A stretch of DNA of 64,000 nt from Ylistrum balloti (Eukaryota). Below, piece after piece: positions 51,501 to 62,230 of the stretch. How positions within the stretch are numbered: position 1 is the first letter of the stretch; each line of letters starts with the position of its first letter. The notes below the pieces were generated by a model. It was not told the DNA's origin. It saw only the letters and a program-made list of their open reading frames with translations, and searched no databases. The stretch spans positions 496,001-560,000 of the forward strand of contig NW_026782056.1 in assembly GCF_031769215.1 (NCBI RefSeq), read 5' to 3'. The translations under genes were made by a program, and so were the position numbers.

Positions 51501-54500
51501 ATTAGGCCTAACACTCATTATTAAAAAGGTTTTTATCACATAAACACTACAACCTTTCCAAATAGTGATATCCAGTGGGATTTAATATATCTTAAGTTTA
51601 CCACATTAAGAATAACTATATTCTGGTCTCATGAAATAAAATCATTAAAAAATAAAATTTGTTACCATTTCTAATATGTAGAGTTGGTAAAAATCGCGGG
51701 TATCTAATTTCGCTACTTTCCCAATGATCAAAGACAGCGCGAAATCACATTCGAAGCAATCATTTGACGGATAATCATAACTCAGGAAATGTATGTTTCC
51801 TGTATAACCAAATAGCAATGTATTGACATTGACACAAAACTTAATCCTGGTGAATTAGCCCAAACTATAATGACCGCGAAATATTAGCCAACGAAACTGT
51901 AAAAAATAAATAAGTAACCCAACATGTACATATTGTTTTGAACATATAGAGTAAACACTTCAAAACACTTCTTAAATATAATCTGAACACTTATATATCT
52001 CGCGTTTAAATTTCAGATATACTGTATTGCATTGATCATTTTCTAGGCATGTTAATGTAGTATGGCTTTGTGAGATAGTTTTGTTCTGATTTCATGACTG
52101 TTTTAATGTTCTGTATAAGGTTTACTTACATCGCAGAGCAGGAACATTTCTCTTTCCGGGAAGGTTCGGTACGGCGAATCCTGAAAACAAGAAGAAAATG
52201 TATTAAACATAACCACTTTGTAAAGAAGGGTTTATCTTTAACCCTAAACAAGGTCTCTTTGAGTGTCATAACTTAAATAATCAATGTTTGCTAACACACA
52301 CGCGAGCAGCGATTTGATATACATTCTAATTGCTTCAGTTATGACCTCACAAATTCTTGGTGTATTTAATGGGAAGGGAATCTGTTCTTATCATACTGAA
52401 ATAGCAATACAATCTCCATAGTGGAATATTCGTTTACGGATCATGTGGGATTAATGAAATTAATCTATTTCATAAATTCATTTCGCATAGTATCAGGACA
52501 ACGAAATAATGAAGCTTTTATTGTAGGTCTGCTAACGTCAGAATAACAAGATCACAGAACGCAAATGAATACTGGCACGTAAGTCTATGTCCGCAAATGA
52601 GAGTGGATAGTAAAAGAAACTAATTCGAAGAAAGGTTAAAAGTATCTGTAGGTTATAAGGTATCACCATATAATGATGTAGAGGTTTTAAAAAGAAGTTT
52701 TTTGTAGTTGATCAGATGTGAGCGCAATGTGAATGTATTTAAGATGTTAAGTAATGGGTTAGATATTATTGTCCATCTGTATATCGATATAATTAGCGTG
52801 TGTCATCACACAAACTGTTCTTTTCTGGAAAATACTTACAATTAATGTATCTATTGGTAGAAGTACACTGGTCATTACAAAACATTCAATGTTGATGTGT
52901 ACATCAAAAGATTGCCAAATGAATACAAACGTGAATAACATTGAAATAAAATTGATTTGTAAACATCACCGAACAAGCGAGATCAGGTATGCTTTATTAA
53001 GATTTCGATACAAATGCTTTTGAAGATGACCCAATTGATTAATGAAGAATTACAAGTAAACACACCAATTAGGCAATATTTCTAATTTTAAAATAAAGCT
53101 AAATTTGTTAACGTCAACAAGCAGCAGGTAAAAAGCTTGATATAATGGGTTGTCAAGCAAACAGTTCAAATAAAGCTGGATACATATCGTTCATCAAGCT
53201 AGCGAAGTGGATTACATATAAAAAAAGCTCGTTGTACAGGATCAAGAATACTTTTCTAAAACAAAGCTATTCGTATATGGTCAACAAATATATTACAATG
53301 CTCACAAGAAAGCCTGAAGAGTAAATACCAGCGATTTGATGATTTGTTACATGTAACTATTGTAGGTATCATTTCTAAGACATATTTTCATCACCACAAG
53401 GGGCAATATTTTAAGTATATATATTTGATACTATGTTGACATTTGGTGGAATGTTTGCTAGTAATCAAGGGGCAAATAGCCGAACAGGATAACCTCGTCC
53501 TGCGAAGTCACTAAGCATTGCCATGAACCAAGTAAACAGCGCCAACGTCATAACATCAAAAACGTATTGACAGCTTTTTAGCCAATCAGTTCACAACACA
53601 ACGTTGCTTCACAATATGATAAAAAAAGGACCAGCATCTCAAAGCGGCATCATTTAATAACATAGCTAAGCAGCAGGATCCGAGTCGATCATAAAGATGG
53701 ATGTTGACCTGGTGCTGATGTTGCTGGGATAGGATTGTTAAAAGACGGCGTTACAGCACCCGTTCCTGAAAACACAATCTATAGGTATCAGTTTCTAACA
53801 CATGTAATATTTCATTTACGAATTACTTGAATGATCTTTCTAATGCTATCAGAATATATCGGAAATGCCATGGTTACTTTCAGATATAATACGGAGTTTT
53901 AGTGATAACAATAAACTTATGACAGTAATTGCATATTTAGTGAAGCGCAAAGCAGACTTACCTATAATTCACAAGCTGCATATCCAGCAATGAGTAGCTT
54001 AATCAATAAGTTAGCGGTTACCATGAGAAATGCGCGCGATTACAATTAGAAGCAAAAACCTGTTTGATCTTCCATCACAATACCCGTAAAGGCGTAAAAT
54101 GACAGAAGTTCTTAATTGACTGAAATAGCGTTTGGATTAATTTTTTTTGTATTTATATAACCGCTCTCAAATAAATAATAATAACATAACACTTATTCAA
54201 TTAATCAAATTTCAATCATTCATAGACCAAATAACATTCAAATCACACAGTACTTGTAAAATGATATGCATGCCATACAACTGTAAAGAACACCAATACA
54301 ACTACACCAACGGTACGGCGTAATCCACGAAAATAGCTGTACAAACATACCGACAAACAATACATCTCAGGATATAACAAAAACGTGAAACCATACACTA
54401 TCTCTACAGCAAAATCAACATCATACAACACTTTAATTATATACATTTCATTACAAGCAACACAAAAGTATATATCGAACTGCAATCACCATAAAAAATC

Positions 54501-57500
54501 TAAAATTAAATAACCAACAGATATGTTATCAACAAGATAGTATAAACGCTATTAACCAAACAATATAAAGCAAATCAAATCCATTACAGAAATATTGTAG
54601 AGCTAACAGTATTAACAAACTCCAACACACAATAGAAAATACAACACTGTAATATTGTGTAGCTTATCATAAAACAAGACTCCATTAAATTATGTAGCAA
54701 CTTTATTTAGGTAACTATATAAAAAAAAACACCACACAGGCTAAAATAACTTTAAGCCATCAAACCACTTAATAACCTTTAAAAATGTAAATAACAATAT
54801 CAAAGAATTTAAAACCACTTAAATAAACACTCCGTCACCAAACAAATACATTACTATTTCATCCATAAATTTCTATACAAAATTCCACGCTAAACAATGA
54901 AAACTCATGACATTAAGATCAACGATTTACAAACAATGGAAAGCCATACCACTACAACATAAACAGTAGAATATTGTCAGGCACAACTAACGATTTAAAA
55001 ATATAAAACATACAATATGATATAAATCTACCAGGAAAAGTTATGTACCCAGTACAAAACTATATATTGTAGCTCACCTCCGCTACCGCCACAAAAGCCA
55101 CAGTGTTTCCTACAGTTATCCATGGCCCATATATGGTACTGAGAGTCTGTACAGGCTGATTGTTCATACTGATCACAGCTGCTGATATTGTCGACACAAG
55201 CTGGTGGAGGGGTTGGCACACCTTTCAATAGGACATGTGATATATATGTAGTCTATTGCTGATATATAAAAGTAACCCTTTCTCAGATGGGTCCAAATAA
55301 TAATAATTATAATGCAAACACTTCCCCAGAATGACACACAATGGACGCCATCGATGATTTGTAGATTCATTGTAGAAAAAAGAAAACAATATCCCAACTG
55401 CTATTCAATAACTCCTTTATAACTTAAGGTAAAAAAAGTGATTTTTTTCAAATGTGTTATATTTCTGCTTTAGGTGATCTTCTTGGAATTTGGTGAACTG
55501 ATAATGATTTGTAAGTGATTCTGAACTCCCCTATTGCTGCAAGGAAACTTTATACGCTTTCCTTTGTCTCCTGTTTCTCTGTGTCATATATTTTGCACCA
55601 ACGTCCTATGAAATATATTTGAAATGCAAAATGTTTTCAACGGCTGCCTACGAAATCGATTAGGCTAGGGGCCGCTTGTTTTAGGGATAAGAATTCTTGA
55701 TTATATGTCAATGAAAGTTGAACTGCATAGTCGGTAATGAAACAAAAACAAACTCACCAGCACAGAATCCACAGTAATTCATACAGTTCTCTTTAGCCCA
55801 GCCCTTGAAGTTACCCGAACAGGAACTCTGGCCGTATAACCGACAGTCCACCTTGTCCACACATTCTAGACATTGGGAAAATATCATCTGTATTTATCAC
55901 TATAACCGTTAGAAAAATCGTAAGGCTGATGGTATGAGAATGGCATCAAGTTGTTTATTTGTTATCATTATGTTATGTTGACAAATTTGATACAGAAATA
56001 GCTAAACCTTCAGTGTGAAAAATGAAACATTATGACATTCATATATTGTTGTTGACATATTTTAACATATTCATTGTTCAGACTGCCACGTTTCCCTATA
56101 ATTTTGTCTAATAAGTATTTTTTATTAGGATGTAATATATAAATGTGTTGTAAACACCAATGCCATTAACTTATTATTTTCAATATATTGCTGAGGAACT
56201 CTTACGAAATTAAAAAACCTTCTGCGTGTTATAAAGAAAGAAGAAAGTTTTTAAAGATTACCGACGTGTACGGCAAATTCAAAAATTAACTTCAACACAT
56301 TCGATGTGGACTATATACGGAAATTGATCACGATAAGTAAAACGCACAAAGTTTACACAGTACTTACTTTCGGGTGCGATAGTCGTGGTCATTAAGTCCG
56401 CCATTTGAAGTTGCTGAACTGTTGAAAAAAACGATATCATGTTACTCATTCATATTCTGTTCACTTTTCCTTAATTGATTGTGAAGTATTTAAAATGTTA
56501 TTGTCAAATTATAGCGTCAATATCAGTCGGTGTATTATGTACGTTCAAGAAGTTAGGACAGTATTGTTGTATTTACTGAAAACGTCCGTCAGTAAACAGT
56601 TGTACATGTTTTGTTCAAGATTGACCCTGCATGCAAATTCCCGATACCAATTCTAGATAGTTTTTCCTAACAGCTACGGCTAGGTTGTACCATGTACAAA
56701 CTCGTACATAAAAGTTCTCATACCATGTTTGGCAAATAAAGGAATTTATAAACTGAAGAAAAAAACTTTTCAATGCTTAACACAACCGTACATTTCAACA
56801 ACAAACATCGAAGTAGATATAAACATCGTCCCCTTTTCATCATGAAATTTAAGGACAAAACAAAATACAAACTGTCTTGTAATGATACAATATTATGAAA
56901 TAACAAAGCTTGCGTCATCCTGTTTTCAACACCTTCACATAAAACTGGGAATCAAAGAAAACAATAAACGACGCCATCATAAAGCGAGTATGTAAATCAC
57001 ATCTCCCTCTGATTTCAACACTTTTCTTAATATTTTCAATATATCCCTGTACAATTTCAACATTTTCCTCTAAAAGTTCAATATTTCCTTCAACATTTCC
57101 CTCTACGTTTTCAGCATTTCCCTCTTCATTTTCAGCATTTTCCTCTACATTCTCAATATTTCCCTTTACTTTTGCAGCAATTCCCTCTAAATTTGCAGCA
57201 ATTCCCTCGACATGTTAAACATTTCCCTCTTCATTTTCAACATTTCCCTCTACATTTTCAGCATTTTCCTCCACATTTTCAATATTTCCCTCTACTTTCC
57301 TTCTTCATTTCAACATTTTCCTCTACGTTTTCAGCAATTTCCTCTACACTTGCAGCAATTCCCTCGACATGATCAACATTTCCCTCTTCATTCTCAGCAT
57401 TTTCCTCTACATCCTCAATATTTCCCTCTACATTTTCGACATTTTCCTCTACATTCTCAATTTTTCCCTCTACTTTCCTACTTCATTTCAACATTTTCCT

Positions 57501-60345
57501 CTACGTTTTTAGCAATTTCCTCTGCATTTGCAGCATTTCCCTCAACATTGTCGACATTTTCCTCTACGGTTTAAACATTCCCTTTACATTTGAAACATTT
57601 CTTATTGCATTTTTATCGTTGTTCTCTGCAATTTCAACATCTTCATCTGAATTTCCGTAATTTTCTTTGCAACGCCCCTTTTTACATTTGTAACATCTTC
57701 CACTACATATGGTCAACACTTATTTCTACATCATCAATGTTGCTCTCTACATTTCTAACATTTACCTCTATATTTTCCTCATTTACCTGTACATTTGCGG
57801 CAGAAATAACGACAGTTTTCCTGGGCCCATGTTCCATACTGAGGGTCATTACATACGTTCTGTCCGTACGCCTCACAGTTCTGAAGCTTGTCCACACAAG
57901 CTGGCGCGGGTGTGGTCGGGCCTTCAAACAACGATCAATCAACGATGTTAGGTTTGAGATGATTCAAAATTGGCAATGAAATACAACTGTCACTATAAAG
58001 ACAGACTATTGTGAAAATAACGAATTTGTAATGCAGAAAAAACACACTTTTTTACTTCGAAGTTTTGGTAGAGTCACAAGAATATGATACTTATAGTGCA
58101 TTAAGTTGAAATGACATATTGCTTACCGTTACAGAATCCACAAAAGTTACGACAATTGTCTTGAGCCCACTTGTCGTATGGAGGTACACATGACTCTTTA
58201 CCGAATGCCACGCAGTTCGCTTGTTTATCTACGCAATCTGTCATTCAAGCAGTGCATATTTATAGACTTACGTAACTTAACTATTTAGACAAGTTGGAGA
58301 AATACAAATTGTGCAGATATATTGCAAAACAAATATCAAACATCAGTAACTTATAACATCGATAACCTCATTCATTTAGCATATCAATCTATTGAGTAAA
58401 TACTGATACAATAATGTTATATAACATGCTATCAGACTAGATAATTCACCCTAACCAATACACATTACGGAGAATTCAGAATCATTTTATCATTTTTCGA
58501 GTCTAGAAATGTACCTTCATGGCTCTGAATTTACTTCCTCCTTCCTCAAAAGTTTCTTTGTTTCTATTTGTTTCTTACATTGTTTCTATTTGTTTCATGC
58601 CAACAGCAAATACAACAATAGCCTAATCCCGATTTAATCTCATATTAAGTGTTACAATAGGTTTTGTCAATTATGAAGTGTCTATGTATGGATTGTTGTG
58701 AAAACGATGAAAACAACAAAGTAATCAACACCAACGATACATGCAAAGGCACAAACCACATGCATATACATCCTGAAATCGTCGCGACTTTTTACCTTTA
58801 CTCACCTTTTATGAAAATCCTCTTTTTTGTGTAAAAATCACGTTTGTTTCGACTTGGTTTTCTTTGCGTCACCAATAAAGCGAAAATCCCGAAAGACAAT
58901 TCACGGGAGATCACCCGGTGATCATGCGCGACACACGAGTCTGATAAAGATCGAGTTTCTAAAAGCGCGGTAAGAAATTTCACATTTAATACAACCACTT
59001 GACAAACAGACACATATCCTATCACCACTGTACATAATGACACCATGCTGGCTTATATGGGATTTCTATATTAAGTCTGAGTTCACAGGAAAGCAACATT
59101 CCTTGCGAAACCATATCTACAAATAAGACAAGAGTGTAAGTCGCCCAAAGCGTAATAAGCAATGATCGTCAACAGTGTGGCGTTTACCAAATGAAGTACA
59201 TTATGTATTTTCCTGTTGACAAGTTATTTTATACATTGTAGTGGACCTGAGATTACAATAGGGTGATAAACTTTAACTAAAACAAGATGTAAGAAAAGTA
59301 TATGACATTGACCTCTAGTCTAGATATCGGTCTTTTTAGAGCAAGTGATAAGAGACACAATGTAGAGGGCAATGTATACATCATTTCCGGTAATGACCTG
59401 ACCACCGATTTAACACGTATTCAGTTCAATTTACTCTTTTTTTTCATCATGAAATTGCATCATTTTCTGTTAACACTTGTGTTATGAAAATTGTTCATTT
59501 AAAATTACTTTTCGGGATTTTCTATCAGTCAAAATAATAGCTTAAGTTACATCCAGTCATTAAGGTGAATTTTGTTATAATTTTGGAAGCATTGAATAAC
59601 TCGAATTTCTTGGGAACATGTTTCATCAAATAGAGGAATACGATTTCGAATCAAGCAAGGTTTACTGTATATTTATCTACCAAATTTCTGTAAAACCTCA
59701 TCACGACTTTATCACTTTATTACTTTATTAGTGTCACGAGCATATGTTCAATGTTCCAAAAGATAGCTACTTTACCTTACACAGCTGTTATGCTCGATTA
59801 TGTCATTACAATTGCTACCCTTTGCTTTCAGGTCCGATACAATGGGACAATCCGTGATTTTTATTTCATTTTAAAATATTTCTTTGGTTTATATAAGAAA
59901 TTATATGCCATGTCCTATACTAACTTACAGACGATTGGTGATAATGGTAATTCTATACACGACATTTATTTTCTAATTTATTATTATTTTCTTAATACCC
60001 TATGTCAATTCAGACGCCACATGCTGTTTAACAGCTTACGCTGATTCACTCAATACTCAAGTAAACTGGGGAAAGTCAGAATTTGTTAGCAAGCAGGAAA
60101 GCGAAAGCAGATCATACACCTGTCACCAATATTTTCAATGAAAATGAACTCTAAATATTGAATGATGAGAAAACTGATAGAAGAACTATTAGCATACTTA
60201 TATCTACTCCGCCACTATTCAGTTGAGGTGCTGGCGTCTGAGTTCCAAAAAACAGCGAAAATCCACCATCGTCTCGTTTGTTGTCGGGAGCAACAGCAAG
60301 CGTTCCCGCTAAACACAAAACAGAGATACACAAAAAGGACAACAT
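39405..60345 (-). CDS. 21-exon gene for a secreted protein: 8 ShKT domains, a mucin/Ser-Gly repeat region and a C-terminal VWC-like domain (1134 aa predicted)
   Basis: The hand-assembled exons all have AG/GT boundaries and compatible phases (19 phase-1 introns, last intron phase 2). They sum to 3405 nt, from ATG at 60345 to TAG at 39405, with no internal stop. Domains were recognised from cysteine spacing. Confidence 0.85.
40192..40325. other. Assembly gap (134 N)
   Basis: Run of N inside the last intron of the ShK gene. Confidence 0.99.
40588..40702 (-). CDS. Exon 20: VWC-like domain, first half
   Basis: aacag|..FCQYKTQYLNLTETYTDGCDVRCTCLDNIRNTVVCTD..|gtaagt; C-x-Y...DGC..C-x-C..C pattern; ends in phase 2. 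Confidence 0.85.
41624..41743 (-). CDS. Exon 19: S/P/T-rich linker
   Basis: tctttcttcaacacag|VTQPFAPSKQSNL...GPPSDKP|gtaagt; 120 nt. Confidence 0.8.
42901..42951 (-). CDS. Exon 18: linker
   Basis: tttgtctcacag|PVRPSSVPGSGNTTGT|gtatgt; 51 nt. Confidence 0.8.
43326..43445 (-). CDS. Exon 17: ShKT8
   Basis: atcag|..KLEACADKDPLCKEYGEDLCTTYEGFARENCKSFCSLCG..|gtatgt; 120 nt. Confidence 0.93.
43851..43918 (-). repeat. Dispersed repeat family A, copy 4 (core, intronic)
   Basis: The minus strand reads GACCAGGTGTTCGGAAGGATAAACGTCTTCTGCTTTATCGA. Confidence 0.6.
45079..45201 (-). CDS. Exon 16: ShKT7
   Basis: ttttcag|..LLTDCRNIRTDCDYFPDSSCFGDYEAWARRNCALRCGYCP..|gtaaca; 123 nt. Confidence 0.93.
45403..45462 (-). 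CDS. Exon 15: linker
   Basis: ttttatag|PIAPPTTQAPSTTLDPIMQ|gtaagt; 60 nt. Confidence 0.85.
45853..45984 (-). CDS. Exon 14: Pro-rich linker and ShKT6
   Basis: tacag|..PTTPPPCQDTLSNCNEYNDDLCTNPIFKIFREDNCRAFCKLCD..|gtaagt; 132 nt. Confidence 0.93.
46084..47190. repeat. Intronic 56/61-bp tandem array, about 19-20 units
   Basis: Unit AAAACAATTGAATATGATCAGACGGCAGACAAGGCTTATTGTGTATGATTAGAAGT, with a variant beginning AAGACAGACTAATTG. Confidence 0.95.
47710..47826 (-). CDS. Exon 13: ShKT5
   Basis: ttttag|..CEDKLSNCRQYGFDKVCVEGPYRPWAEVRCRKFCGFCG..|gtaaga; 117 nt. Confidence 0.93.
48046..48057 (-). CDS. Exon 12: 12-nt microexon (GVTE)
   Basis: ttaccattgcag|GTGTCACGGAAG|gtaagt; phase 1-1. The frame is kept whether or not it is included. 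Confidence 0.6.
48733..48990 (-). CDS. Exon 11: PTS-rich segment
   Basis: gtattag|PVNVTTEQPG...SVTTNA|gtattt; 258 nt. Confidence 0.85.
49197..50375 (-). CDS. Exon 10: mucin-like exon with 22 x 14-15-aa repeats
   Basis: gttttag|FPVRPVKTTTE...(TDSGVPTPSNGPEVT)n...SVSS|gtgagt; 1179 nt open frame. Confidence 0.9.
50689..50868 (-). CDS. Exon 9: KR site and PTS-rich segment
   Basis: aag|LKRQAGTGAEPNGF...EIVEP|gtaaag; 180 nt. The acceptor choice is uncertain (alternative CAG with exon start at 50844). Confidence 0.75.
52130..52180 (-). CDS. Exon 8: GKR-containing linker
   Basis: ttttcttcttgttttcag|GFAVPNLPGKRNVPALR|gtaagt; 51 nt, with a strong acceptor and donor. Confidence 0.8.
53709..53765 (-). 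CDS. Exon 7: linker with a weak donor
   Basis: gtgttttcag|GTGAVTPSFNNPIPATSAP|gtcaac; 57 nt. Read-through reaches TGA at 53689-53691. Confidence 0.7.
55078..55221 (-). CDS. Exon 6: Pro-rich linker and ShKT4
   Basis: aag|..VPTPPPACVDNISSCDQYEQSACTDSQYHIWAMDNCRKHCGFCGGSG..|gtgagc; 144 nt. Confidence 0.93.
55758..55865 (-). CDS. Exon 5: ShKT3
   Basis: tag|..CVDKVDCRLYGQSSCSGNFKGWAKENCMNYCGFCA..|gtgagt; 108 nt. Confidence 0.93.
56368..56418 (-). CDS. Exon 4: linker
   Basis: ttttttcaacag|VQQLQMADLMTTTIAPE|gtaagt; 51 nt, phase 1-1. Confidence 0.8.
57030..57785. repeat. Degenerate ~21-bp pyrimidine-rich intronic repeat
   Basis: Motif CATTTTCCTCTACATTTTCAG/CAA with many substitutions. It explains the FQHFPLH-type ORFs and fades out at the exon 3 donor. 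Confidence 0.85.
57787..57921 (-). CDS. Exon 3: Pro-rich linker and ShKT2
   Basis: aag|..PTTPAPACVDKLQNCEAYGQNVCNDPQYGTWAQENCRYFCRKCT..|gtaaat; 135 nt. Confidence 0.93.
58127..58237 (-). CDS. Exon 2: ShKT1
   Basis: cag|..CVDKQANCVAFGKESCVPPYDKWAQDNCRNFCGFCN..|gtaagc; 111 nt. Confidence 0.93.
60198..60345 (-). CDS. ShK gene exon 1: signal peptide and KR site
   Basis: MLSFLCISVLCLAGTLAVAPDNKRDDGG...VDI; in-frame stop upstream of the ATG; donor A|GTATGC, phase 1. Confidence 0.8.
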
Positions 60346-62230
60346 AATTTGTTCGTCGAAATTGACAGGGATCTACACAGTACACCGCACACTGTAGACC
60401 GACCAATGCCGACTACGAAAAAGGACAGGATTTTTAATTCTTCAGTGCCACCACAGCTTACTAGGGCGAGCGATAAGATAAGGAGGCGCCACCTGTCGGA
60501 TTCCCGAACACAAACCAAACTTTGGTGGCTGTACGATATGACACGGTCATCGCAGACTTGGTGTTCTGATGAATTTAGGCAAAACTGGGGCCATATATTA
60601 TTTGAAATACGGTTTTAGTCTGTGTACTTAAAATCATATCAATTATTTAGATGGTCGCGCAACCAGAATGATCATAAATAAGCATAGTCACTTCCGAAAT
60701 ATTACAATTCAATGTAGAATTATCATTTGTCATAGAATAAACCATGGTCATAATTTGTTTTCTGAATTTGGAAAAAAATAAAAAAAAAAAAAAACAATCA
60801 TTGAAATCATCAATTTTGGACAATGAAAGCGAATGAATAGGATTAATCGTGAAGAGAACGAAGGCATTATTGAGTTTAACTATGACAATAACAACAAATT
60901 AACGAAAAGTTCAATGATGTACTTGAATATTATTTTTAGAAATATAAAGTAATATTTAAATTATCCCTATAACTAAATTCATTTTTGCGTATATATTCTT
61001 ATTGACAAAATTTGAGTATAAAGCTTGTTACAAATATGGTATGCGTCTCTTTGAGTATGGATAGATTAATTAGGAAAATATATGGTTTAGATTTTATGAA
61101 GTTTTCATCGACAAAAACAGAAACAAAACAAATCAATAAAAAAACTCCCAAAAAAACAGAATCTTCATTTTAGCTTGAGGTCGATATAACGCATTGCTAT
61201 TTGAATTTTTTTGAGATTTGAAAATTAAAGAATTAACATCTTTAATTCAACAAAGTGAGGACCGAAACCAGATATTTTGGAACACGTGGCCTAACAGTGG
61301 TAATGACGTTATCAACCGTCGTACATCGTCGTCTAGTTATCTACTGCACCGAGAAGTCATACTGACTGATTTTAACTTGTTCTTTCATATGTCCTTGATC
61401 ACTTCACAATTCTACACTTCCATTGATTCCTCGGCTGACTTCTCTCTCAATAAATAATATTCTCATTGATGTACTCTCATTCTTCTTTTAACCATCTCCT
61501 TTTCCTTTCTTATGGTCATATGTTTAATTTTTTTCTTTCCTGTGATTCCACTTTTCCATTCCATACCACGTACCCGTCTTATTATTTTGATTCTGCTATT
61601 CAAGTCCTGTTTTCGATACATTCTTAACCTGTACTTTCCTGTTTTACTTTTTCATCCTGACCATGCTCTGTATTTTTCGTCACACATTCTTCGATATATA
61701 ATGCAATTGTATCTGCATTAGTGGAAGCAGTAAAGATATACAAAGAAAAATAATAATACATCACAATACAAAATAATGAACAATCGATATGAACATTTCC
61801 AAACTGTGTTCAAGGAAATGACTTGTGAAGGGGTAAGCACTCATTATCATTACTTCTCTATCATCTTGCTTTAAAGCTACTGCCTCCAGCTACCAGAAAA
61901 TGCATATTTTCATTGTCTTCTTCTCTAGGAAGCTGCGTGATGGACGTGCTCAAAATATCTAAAATCTCTTGACAGCATTCATCTGTTATGCTTACCGATT
62001 AAATTTAAAATTTACCCCGCCCTAACTGCTCAACTTATATCCGTTTCCATAATTCCAGTCCTTTCTATCTTCTCTAGATATCCTTCACCATCCAACTCCT
62101 CTCCCTCTCTTAATTCATGTCTGTACCCTTTCTACCTCTTGTCCATATCCCTAACTGTTGAACTGTTGATGTCAAACTCATCTGTCACTCCCTTAATCTC
62201 AGCCCTATCTACCTCCCCCCCCCCCTCCTT

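Noticed and set aside
53962-54024. Signal-peptide-like MVTANLLIKLLIAGYAACEL followed by GTAAGT
   Set aside because: The frame ends in TAG exactly at the donor, and the other frames are incompatible with exon 7.
24214-60345. Functional link between the dopamine receptor and the ShK gene
   Set aside because: Convergent adjacency 13.5 kb apart in an animal genome is not evidence of a shared system without conserved synteny or co-expression.
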